Assembly (NCBI GenBank): GCA_965235115.1
Contig: OZ249452.1
Coordinates: 12,834,001-12,898,000 of the forward strand
DNA from: Laetmonice hystrix
Taxonomy: Eukaryota
Length of the DNA: 64,000 nt
Reading direction: 5' to 3'
The translations under genes and the position numbers were made by a program. Every line of letters begins with the position of its first letter. Positions within the stretch are counted from its first letter, which is position 1. Shown here piece by piece: positions 25,801 through 37,800 of this stretch. Below the pieces are notes generated by a model. The model was not told the DNA's origin, searched no databases, and saw only the letters and a program-made list of their open reading frames with translations.

Positions 25801-28800
25801 TGCAACATCAGCAGTGGTCAGCAATTCATTCTAACAGTCGTTTCAAAAATACTCGAAAATCTCACAACTTCAAAACAAAGACATGAAATATAGTCTCGTT
25901 ATCTTGACATCAGGGCCAGTTTTTCACCAGTTTATCAAAAATTCTTAACTTGAGTAAAGCTTACTTAAAGGTGCTATTCGTCTCGCACAGAATGGCATTT
26001 CTCCTATCATACATTGTGCACATAGTACTAGAAAAAATTCCTACCGATACCATTGGCCTGATAAACCTTCTATTAGTTTGTGTGCAGCATTTGAAACCTA
26101 TCTCGGTGCGCACCGAGATAGAGCCATTTCCTATGGTGGGGCGTGTCAGGGTCTCCACAGGCCTTCTGAGAGAGCCCCATTTGTGCCGTTATCCATGAAA
26201 AATTTTGATTTCCTTTGTTGTGAATCTATTTCCATGATAGGTGGGATCACATAAACGTCAACAAAATTAAAAATAAAAAAATCGAATTTTTTTTCACGAA
26301 TAGCACCTTTAAGTAAACTAACAGGGTTCTGATTGGCTGGGCCCAGAACACAAGTAAATGAGAAACGCTTACCCTCAACCTTAAGAATCATATATGTGGA
26401 GTTACTGATTCCACTGATTGTGACTGTACACGTAAATCTCCCAGCGTCCTCTGGGAAGACCTCCGATATAACGAGCGTACAGACGCCATTATTATAAGAT
26501 ATCTGGTAGTCGGGCGAGCTTTGAATCTCGGTCTCGTTCCTGTACCATTGGACCCTCTCCGGAACAGGATACGGGGAGATTGTACACTCGAGCACGACTC
26601 TGTCTCCCTCTCGAACAACTATGTCTGCCAGAGGCTGGAAAATCAACAATATTTAATCAATTACAATGGGTTACCAAAACATGGAAAAGTTTGGTTGGTT
26701 TGTTAATCTGTTGTTTTGTGATCCCGGGAACCAATTTGTTTGGATAACTGAGGTCCGACCGTATTCTTCAGAGTATTCGTTTTCAATATGAACTTTGACA
26801 AAAATAGTTTCCCCACCAAAGAAATAGTTTCACAATTCTCTCGCAATGAATTGAAACGAGCCTCCTGTCAAGGTAAGTTACATTTTAGTCCTAAAAATCC
26901 CAGACCTTCTACTATAGAGCAAAAAGGTTAAAAAATGCCCTCATTCTATTCCATGAAATATTTGTCAAACACTCCCATAAAATCCACCCAAAATTCACGG
27001 CGGGGGATACACCTCGTTTTGAACCTTTGCCGGAGGGGTACGGGGTGGCAGTACTTACCCTTGTGAACTGCGGGGGAGGTGGTGGCGGCCTCTGGGGGGT
27101 AGGAGCTTTAGGCGGAGTTGCCTCGCGGCTTGAACCGCTGGTGAATGGAGCAGCGTGTTGTCGGAACGGTAACCGGTCTGGTGAAGCTCCGATAGACGGG
27201 CTCCGTGACACGGGAGGAGTGGGTGAGGCTGACTCGTCAATGGCTGATGGTGCTGGAGGAAGGACAACGACATGACAAAAATTAATTCTGATTTGGGGAG
27301 AGATTTGTGACAGATTCGTATGGGAAGAGGGTGCAGGGAGAGTTGTCTGCAGACACTGGTGATTTCATGACATGGGTTTGTCCAAAAACACCACCAAATT
27401 ATTTTGTCATCAGAAAATGGTGACTGTTAGCATCCAGTCATGAGACCAAATATACTTTCAAATTTCCACCCAATCCAAATTTCTAAGAAACAGGGGGGTG
27501 TTCCTTATCCTTATCTCCAATGTATTTTCAATGGGGATTTTAACGCACGACATGATAACGACAGATGAGGAACGCACCCCAGAGTCGGTAATCAAATCTA
27601 GAGGTCACACAGAACGCTTCATTTTGACCTTCAGTCCCAACCAATGTTGACAACAAGAGTTTATGGGACTAAAAACGGCCAGAAACTGTTAGTGATGTCC
27701 GCCTAGTGATAACCCGGTGCTGCCCTCTCGCGTTGACTATGTGGCGGACGTCAGCAGAATTCCTCCATGTCTGATTAGATAGCCCAGACAGACAGATAGG
27801 CAGACAGACAGACAGTCCCACACCAAGGAGACATCTTGGTCCATGAGCAGGTTCCTAACCCATATATCCTATCACCATCCCCCTAATGATCAGGTTGTTA
27901 TGTCTCTATGGCAGGTAAAAATACTATTAACCTCCATTTCTCCCCCTATTTTTATGTTTCTCCTAATGGTACTAAAGTTACCTTTTTTGGATTCCATAAA
28001 GGTTTACCATTTGGCCACCTCTCCAATTTTCTCAGGTTCATGCTACCATAATTCTCACAGAACCCATAACTGAGGTTTTTACCTCGAATTACGATCACCC
28101 TTGAACACCCTCACCACACAAGGTGGGAACGGGGTCAGATATCTGAGCAGGGCTCAACCCTTTTATCAATCACTCACAAATATCTCAATTTACCCCCTTG
28201 CCATCGCCCCCTTGTAATCTCCAGGGGGGTGAGCCATCTCTCACCGATGAGTGGCCTACTGGAGGTATGCTGGAGACCGCCCGGTGTGACTCACTGGAGA
28301 ACTCACTGGAGAAGTTATGTCTGATATGGGACCAGGTCACACCCAGCTTGGAGTCAGACAGAAAGTTCAAACATTGTTCGACCTGTACTCCGTTATCTAC
28401 TTGTGTTGAACTCTTATATTCCTGCTCCAAATTCCTAGATTCGACCTCATCTAAAGATAGTGTTGATTGCCAAGTAAAGTAAGAATACATGACTGATAAG
28501 TATGGGGCCTGCACCCTTCAAATCCCCCGATGTCTGGCCTTCAATATGGACTCTCCGAGTGTCTGCGTGCCCACACATCCTGATTTGCTGACATTGTATT
28601 GACCCATCTTGGCTCAAAGATCTAAGCATCTTTCAATTTAAAAGTTATTACCCCCTCTCTGCAGGTTTGACAGTTGAATAAGAAACCCTGATTTATAGGT
28701 CAGAATCTTCTGTTTGTCTGGGCCTGCTGGCGCCCTCTGGTATAGACGCAGGTAACTACCGTAACTCGAACCCCGAGCAGGTCCGAGGAGGCCCGGATAG

Positions 28801-31800
28801 ATCTGCCTGAGGATTGAGCCGGGAGGCGGTAAGGAAGTGTGTTAGTGTAGTTCTATGTACGCGTTACTCCGGCCGTCATCTCTGGAGTATTTATAGCAAC
28901 TCCTGGCTCCGCGTCCACAGGGCTTGGCGGACGGCCCAACCACCCCATTCCTCTCCCCTCCACACCTACAGCCCCCTCCCGTACCCCCAGGTAACTCGGA
29001 ATCCATGCCAGCATAATATTTATCTGTTGTATGTGACATCTTGTAACTCAGCCGCCTTACGTAACCGACATGCACTCTGCTGTTATACAGCTCTTTTCAT
29101 CTTAGGATCAAGCAATCTCTCGAGCCTAATGGCTGTGGTGAACGACATAGACTTATTTTTAGGCTTACCTAGTTTCTTTCCTATATAATTATTTTTGCAT
29201 TTACAATTTTTTATAAAGCAAGAAAATAAGTTAAGCATACATCGATATCAAAAGCCAATAATGCAATAACTGGCATAATCGTGGAAAATCTAACTTCTTA
29301 TATATTTCTTGGAAATTTTCAAAACTTTGCCATAAAAAAAAGAAAGGTCGGTAAACATGTGACCCTTTGACATTCTCCTAGTTACTACAGCTGTTGGCGC
29401 CCCCCTCCCCCACTCCCCGACCAGAACAACCCCCACATTCAGGCGAGGAAACACTTATATAGAGTCTACATGAGCCGGGGTATATATACAGGCTACAGAC
29501 ATACATCTACCCTCCTCCAGTCCCTGCCATACGCCACCCCTCAGACTGCATGGAGCCCTACTACTGGGTAGGCATATATAACCCACCCTCTTTCTGCTCC
29601 TTGTTCTGAAATAACTTTCCCGGCTGCTGTTTTTATCATACTGCGCCTACCGAGAAAGAAATGCCAAGAAATAGCCAGTCTGATACTAACACAGATATTG
29701 AAGACGAGACTGTTCTCTGTCTGTGGATCCTAGTACTCAGCCCAGTTCATGTATAATCACCGACAGCGACACTGGAGCTGACCTTGGCGACCTCACTATT
29801 CTTGACACCAGGGGGCGTGCTTGCCTGCAGCGTCTCAACCTAGATTTCTAGGATTCATTACATCACCATGGCGACAAGTACTGTTTAACCTCCTGACACG
29901 AATTAACCGACAGAAATCACTTTTCCTGGAGGCTGTCCATATTGTTACGTGCCCCTAGAATCTAGCACAGCGTAGTTTTTTTTTTTTTTTTTGGGGGGGG
30001 GGGCCCAGTGCTGCCATCCTCCGAGGGGCCCTGAAAACCGTTGTTTTATCAGGAGAAGGGGGTACGTTTGATTTACAATAGCCGGTGTAGGGTTTCACAT
30101 TACCCCCATCCAACCCCACCCACACACCTGGGGCTCATGTTCCCAAGACCGCGCTGTAATGCCCTACTCCCAAGGGTCTGCGGTCAACATACCTCACCAC
30201 CACCCCACCGGGCTAACTCCACCACCCCACCGGGCTAACTCCCTGAGCTGCCACCCTCACAGGTCCTCAAGTGGTCTATATACACCTACAACATACGGCT
30301 TCCCAGTGGAGGGCCAGGTTGGGGTATACCTAGACACAGCTCAAACAGGTTCTTAACATTTTCAGCTCAAATATTCGATAGTTCATTAACAACAGTCTGG
30401 AATGCTTGTCTGACACTATTTCAGTCCCAGGTATCTAAAGACTTCTACCCCATGGAATGATTTTAAGTTGTCCCTGAACAAATCAAGTCCCCAGAAATGT
30501 TTTCAACAGGGGCTGAAAGTCCCTCTTCCACATCAGGGGCCCAGGTTCAACCCCTGACCTTGTAATCATTTCCGGTATACCACGTGTGATCTCAGGCCTA
30601 CTACAGGATGGGACCGAGTCAAACATCTCTATTTGTTTTAAAAAGTGTGCTGTCCACAATTAGTCCTCACACGGCTGGAACACACGGGATCCAGATCAAC
30701 TGGTCGTCCCCAACAACAGGGCTGTTGCTCTTGGCAACCACCCTAGCAACCACCAACACCACTGACATCTGGCTATTCTGGGCGTGGCTTGTGACATAGT
30801 TACCAGAATCTCACATCTGGATATGTGGGATTTCCAAACCATCGTAACACCCATGACTTCATGACTTATAACAGCATACAATGAGTGCTTCTCACTGTTA
30901 CTGTGTGCTCCTAAAGACTTGCTAAGCGATATTTATATCTTCACTACATCTAATGTCTACCGCCTCAACCAGGTAAATTCTGAGCCTAGGTCGAGTGCTA
31001 GGTGAACTAACCTAAAACTTCCCCGGTGCGCCAACTCCTACTTTTTATGATGTTTCGACGGTAAACATCAAAGCTGAGAGACTTGAAATATTTCCCCCGA
31101 GCAGCTGGCTACAAGGCCGCCCACAGCCTCCGGTAAATATCCCGCAGCTGGCCCTGAGCGAGTTTTTTCCTACTTTTTAAAGACTAGATCTTGTTATCCG
31201 TGTAAATATAAAATGGCTGCACTCTGCATCTGATACCATCCTGCCATCCCAAGTACACCCGTACTGTACTTTTTACCCTACAACTTAACGGTGTGAAAGG
31301 AAGGCTGTATTTTTTAATCCTAATCTTTCAATGAGTCAGTGCTAGGTTCAGAGCCCCCCCCCTTTCATTTTCTACAATATCAAACAGATCATATCTATTC
31401 AGAAATGCAGATGTTAATCTATATCCCTCTACGAACGCGTCGTTTCCAGGAATCTATTTCAGTATGAAAGAGGACTGACTCATTCTGATTTTATTGCAGG
31501 TCGCTACAGTTTCAAAAATAGAAAAAAAACTCATCGCCACATAAGATTCCGTTTTCTGCAGAATCATTGTTTTGTCAGCGTTCCCTGCTGTTATCGTTCA
31601 GGGTGTGACGTCACTCATTGCGCGTGACGTGTCACAGCTGGTGATGAGTCAGGTACTGCAGACGGAGAGGTCTAAACCCGGTAAATCCTAACCTCAGTCC
31701 TACTACCCCGGTCTCTCCCACTACGCTCCTGGCTGATTGCCCACTTATGTATCAGTCAAGGTAATAAACTCCTAATGAGTTAATGTGAAACTTCCAGGGC

Positions 31801-34800
31801 TAGGAGTCACCAGGTAATGGTGTGATTATGCCGTCAGACATGACCTGGGAATCATCACCGCCTGCTTACCCCGGCGTCCCCGCCCCCTCTCATCCCTGGC
31901 AGGAAGTCAGGGTGACCCCCCCCCCCCCCAGCAGCTGACCAGTCACCCCGTGAACCCTGACCTGGTCATGAATCAGTCTGGGCAATTTTTAGAAATGTAT
32001 CCATTCCAGCCAGATATATCATACCAGAACTCCCCCTCCCGAGTTGGACGTTGGGTTTCACAATTTATATGTACCAATTTCCATCCTCAATTTATTTGGA
32101 TTACTTTGGAGCGGGTGGTTTCACCCCTGGTTTTCCAGGCAGATTTCCATTTAGGTTAAGTTTTGCTTGGTGCCGTAAATCCATTGTGTTGATCAGAAAG
32201 TGTCTGCAGAAATTCAGCCCTGGAAGAGAACGCTGCATCCAATTCCAAAGCAAAGACGGTAACCACACAACACACAACTGCGAATAACTCCAAGCAATGA
32301 TCCTAGGCAGCAAGAGAAAGTGAAGCGTCAGAAGAAACGAAGATTTCCGGCAACACCAGCAGGCATCTACCATGAAACTAAATCTCTTGAAGACGCAGAT
32401 ATTTTAATAGTACTCCACTGAAGAAGGCGAGAAGAAAGTAGTCCGGCCAAAGGATATTTACCCTCAACAATGAGTTCAGCGGTACATTCTGTGGTCCCTG
32501 CTGGATTGGTCGCTTTGACTGAGAATTTCCCGGAATCCTCATAGAACACCTCTGGGATATACAACGTGTGTACATCTCCTTCCTGTATGATCTCAAAGTC
32601 AGGTGAGCTGACGATTTGTGACCCTTCACGGAACCATGTGACCTCCGGAGTGGGTTTACCGGCGACCCGGACTGTGAATCGGACCGACTCGCCCTCTTTG
32701 ACCTCATGAGATCGGAGTCTCTCTGTGAAGTGTGCTGGAACCAACGACGCTGAAACAACAAAAAACAACAATACTCATTAACATCCACTCAGTAAACATA
32801 CTCCTTTTTTATTTTGTATTATTTAACAGTCTATGTTTCAGAATCAATTATGTTTTACAATAGTACTTTTTTTCATGGTTCAGTTCAATTGTTCTAATAC
32901 AAAGCAGTCACAGTCAATATCAGCCTTGTCACTCAATAACTCATCTTTTGATGGAACAAAGAAAAGTTTTATTTAATGTTTAACATTAATCACTGTTGGT
33001 TTTCTAAGGCGGTCATCCTCCCTGAATATAACCAATGAGTAAGCCTATAGCAAACAACCAATAGGTAACCCTGTAGCAAATCTGTCATTATTTTAATCCA
33101 TCAATTTATCGCTATGCCCTACTGGCAGTGGCAGCTGACGGGTGGATACATATGAATATTCCATTAATCCTCCTCACCCCCACCCCCACCCCCACACATC
33201 TCTCAGGTTCTATTTGGGGTGTTATGAGCCCGGTGATAGAAAGGGAACGTCAATGACGAGTTGCACAGCTGAGCTCAACATATCATCGCCATCCCCTCCT
33301 TCCGATGAGGATGAGAGACGCAGAATCCCACTCCCCGCCTCCCCAGACGCCAAACGTTTTTTCCCCGACTGATAACCTTTTCAAAGACCTGGCGTCAGCG
33401 AGTTACGATATAACACCAGGCGTATCCTGTGTCCGATCCAAATATTATAAAAGGCGCTTTTCCTTGCGACGCCCACGCGATTTTGATATCACCTTTTTAT
33501 TTTACTGTAATTTTGAGATTAAAGGATGGAACCCACTTCCTGAAATGGGGAAGGCCACCCAGGAAAGATTTCAGAGTGAAATTCCACCATTAAATTAAAA
33601 ATCGGCTTAGTAGATCAGGCTTTTTTTGATAAAGGCGTTTCTAAATATTGTTTCCCTAAGGAATGCATTATCAACGAGTTAATAGCAACATTTTCGTTTT
33701 ACCCCCCGGATCATAAACTCCTCAGTTTGCCGACATATTGGCGACGCGACATCACCGCCGGTGGCGCGTGCATGGACACGTGCACCCACCGCGTCCCGTT
33801 GTGGAGGACGCTGCCCGGCGCACGTGGCCACATTCCTGACAGCCGGTAGAATCCACAACTCTTACCGCTGTCCCCTCCCTCTCCCTGCAGGCATCCACTG
33901 ATACAGACACTCTCCTCCTAGTTCCCAGAAGTTGGCACAGCCCTGCTGCCATCAATGCGAAAAAAGGGAGAAAACGGAAAAAACAGGAATGTAGATTCCC
34001 AGACTTCTTGTGGTCTGTGCTGCCTGTCGCGTATCTCCGTAGTTACTGCTAGATCAGCAGAAGTCCTATAAATAGAGTTTTTTTTACTGATTTACTTCCG
34101 GTCCCTTCATCAGTGACACATGAGGAAATGTTACTCATTCTCAAATCAAAACTCCTTGCCACTTGCATCCTCCCATAATCTTTCCAAAAAAAAACTACAT
34201 CAAATTTCGGCAAAATACGTCAAATTTCGGACCGATTCTTCCCTTTTTAAACTTTAAAGAAAACATATGGCAAGGACTCCCCTCCCCATATCGAAACTAG
34301 GAGAGTATCTACAAATATTACCCGTTTATTTATTGCCATAGCCCTTCAAGACATTTGGCCATGATGATGTTTTGATACATCTCTACAATTTTCACACTCT
34401 TCTGCTCCCCACGTACGCCATAGTTTTCGCTGTGAATCGTCTCCTTCCCTTCCCCTTACCCCGCCGCTGTGCCCGTATAATTTGTTGGATGGCGTTTGAA
34501 GTTGAGACAAGAAAATCTCATGTTACCAAAACCCGCGCCTAAAATACTAGAGCTCAGTGAACGGTACCGGCTGCATATACCAACAGGCCATTGACGCATC
34601 TAGATCTAAATACAGAACTCATCTCTCTAAAGTAATATATAACCGCTAAACTTGTGAATTATAACTTACCCTAAGATCACTAATAACCAAAGAGTATTAA
34701 GTGTATTGTTTTCCGGAATAACCACTTCTAGGAAGAATTCATGCTGGATGAACTTTGCCTTTCCCTCAGCTTGGTTGGGGGTAACATGGCGGGTAACATG

Positions 34801-37800
34801 GACAAAATGCCGTTCAGTCGTTGAGATTCGGACAAACATCTAAATTGTCTCACCTGATTCAAACCTCTCCTCTGTTTTCACGCGCTTGTGATACCTGAAG
34901 AATCCCAATGAATCGCTATCCATTTTGAATTTTGGCTACTCCGCAACAACGAAACGAAAATTGGGGAAGCGTTTCTCAAAGATGGCCCATGTCGACTGGC
35001 AGAATCTGACTAGCTTCTGACGAGAATCACAGCATGCCGGGGGTCCATACCCCTCGGGTTATTTTTAGCCCGCCCCTATCTCCCTACCGAGTGAATACAG
35101 TGGCTATGGAAAGGACTTGCTATCCATGTTCCCGGGCCACGTTCCGATGCGCCGCGGCCCGGGATGCGGCATCAAGTGGGATCAGGTTAGCTATTGGTGG
35201 GTTGAGTTGCCATGGCAACAGAAGACCACTGCGGAGGTACTTCTAGGATGATTCGTGGAGTCTGAGACAGTTGGGGGTGTTTATGCTTGCGTTGGTAGGG
35301 CGGACAAGAGGGTCAGCGTGTTGGATGGGTGAGGGTATACACCTGATAGACAGGCCCGGGGGGCAGCCCCCCATGCCCCCCGGGGTAATTGTCTTGTGGG
35401 CCAGCCTCCAGATTTACCGTGCCAACCTTGGGCTGTGTTTATATTGACACCAGACTCGAGGCAGGTGTGGCCACGATCCCTGTGCCACACGTATAGGGGG
35501 GGGGGATTGGGGGAGGGGGTAGGGACCTTCTTGAGGCCAACCACGACATCAGCCTCCTGTGATCCATCCACAGTGTCATGGTGATTCAGATTAGGTAACC
35601 TTAGCAACGGATCAGCAACCAGACCGATCCGCCCTCGGCCATTTCACAAACTTTACGGTAATCACAAAATACTGCTGACGTCTTCAAGTCCCTACCAGAC
35701 AGATTACTCACCGATATATTATTCGTAGAAAAGTTGAAGATTTTGTTCCAGTGTGTCAGCATTACTTCAACTAATATCACGGTTCACCAGAAAAATAATC
35801 AAAATATAAATTTAAATCTGACTACTCAAATCCACTACGCTTTTTAAAAGGATATACATGTACTTGATTTCAGAAAAAAAAAAAAGACCCATCCCTTATA
35901 TTTATGCATTCAGCGTAACACAGACATAAAACCGAATTAAAAGAAAACAGTACAGTGGTACCACATCGGCAAATAATCCCTCATAGAACCCAAAAACATT
36001 GGCAGGAACTTGCCAGATTCCTTCCATCTCAACCTCCGTTAATATTGAGTGAGTGATTGGTGCTTTCACGCCTTGTCGGCAACCAAGGCCATCCTCAGCC
36101 CAGGGTATGATAGGACCTCCCCCGTCCTGTACATACACCCAGGTGAGTGTCTCATAAACACCCCAGGGTTACTCCCGGAATGCTGGAACCAGGTGATGGT
36201 GCGGTGGTGGAGATCCTTTCTCTGGGCTGACTCAGAACAATGGGGACACGTTCCTCCAAGCAAAGGGCCACACCTTGCCTCAGTTCTATGTCCGTCATTG
36301 ACATTGATTGACACATTCGGCGGGCCTTTGGCTTGCAATCGTCCAGCCTGCCGGCCTTTGTCCGCCTTCTGAAAGTTCTGGAGTAGGTTTTGCGTCTCTC
36401 AGAACCTACTCCAGACCCTACCATCACATTCTTCCACGACCCCACCACGGGATTCTTCCAAGACATCAGAATCTTCCAAGACCCTACCATCAGAATCTTC
36501 CAAGACCCCACCATCAGATTCTTCCAAGACCCTACCCTCAGATTCTTTAGCTGGGAATGAGAGAATTCCAAAGATATGAAAGCAGCCTCCACCCTCCCCA
36601 TCCCTCCAGAACGCACGCATACGATGCCCCAGGTACACTAACGGAATCCCCACAGATTCCTTCGCGAGTTTTATACCTATTGAATTAAAAGTAACGCTGG
36701 AAACCATTTGACGATGAAAACACTTTTCTTTATCATCCCATCTAACTTTAGGATTTTGCGCAGTGGCTGTGGGAGTTATGTAGAGGGACATTATCATGGT
36801 ATACAGACCAGCTCTGGCAGCTCTCCCCCCGCCCCCCTCCCTCCGTACACCTGCGAACTATCCGTCGGTGCTGGCTGCTTGCTAACATAGCTATAACGTC
36901 AACCGTACCCTTGGTTCACCGTTAACTGGGTTAGCTCAACGTTTGCCGGCCTCCCGTCCCATCCACAGTGGGTACAGTCAAAGGGATGACGCCACACGCT
37001 TGGAGTACTTTTTACTCAATGGTACTTAGAGCCAGAATGAGAAAGTTTAATCTTTTTGTGTGATCAAATGAAAATATATACAGTCAGATAAATATCCTCT
37101 CTCAGCATTCCAAACACTTTACCGATAAATGACAAACTCCTGGAACTTAGAGCTATTTACTTGAGATTTATTTTTACGATGATGAGGAAGAATCTGAAGA
37201 TGTATAAACTAAGATCAAATGAAACCAACCCAGTTTAATCAAGGATGTCTAAACCAAGTTGTTGCAGGTATCACAACATCAAAATAAAGAGTCTAACCAG
37301 AGGTTCTGTTATCCGGAAACAATCAACACCCCCTGTCCTCCAGTGTGACGTAAGTCCCTGGAGGGACAGACCACTGTCAGATGCAATATTCCTCCAGTAA
37401 GGGACCCCCTCCTCCAGTCTCTCAGTCTACCTGCGCAGTACGCCCACCCGTCAACGCCAACAAATCTTTACACACACATCTACCCTCTGGTCCCTCTCAA
37501 TATCATAAACATTTTCTTTCACCGTATCTCGGAGTTCTATAAACATCATAACATAAAAATAGAGACTATGGAGTCTATTTTGTAGCCTTACACGTTTTTT
37601 GTCAGTGTTTCCTGTCTCAACTTTTCTGGTGAAGAGGTTTCCAAATTTATAGTGTACAGTATAAAGCTGTTGGTGTACTGGAAATCTGGCATGATCCATT
37701 ACATATACCTTGGTGTCGGAACATCTGGCGAGTCGAAATGTGAGGTAGCTTCATGGGGAACTTAAACTTTTTGTTTTTGTCAAGTTTCACACCCACTGAT

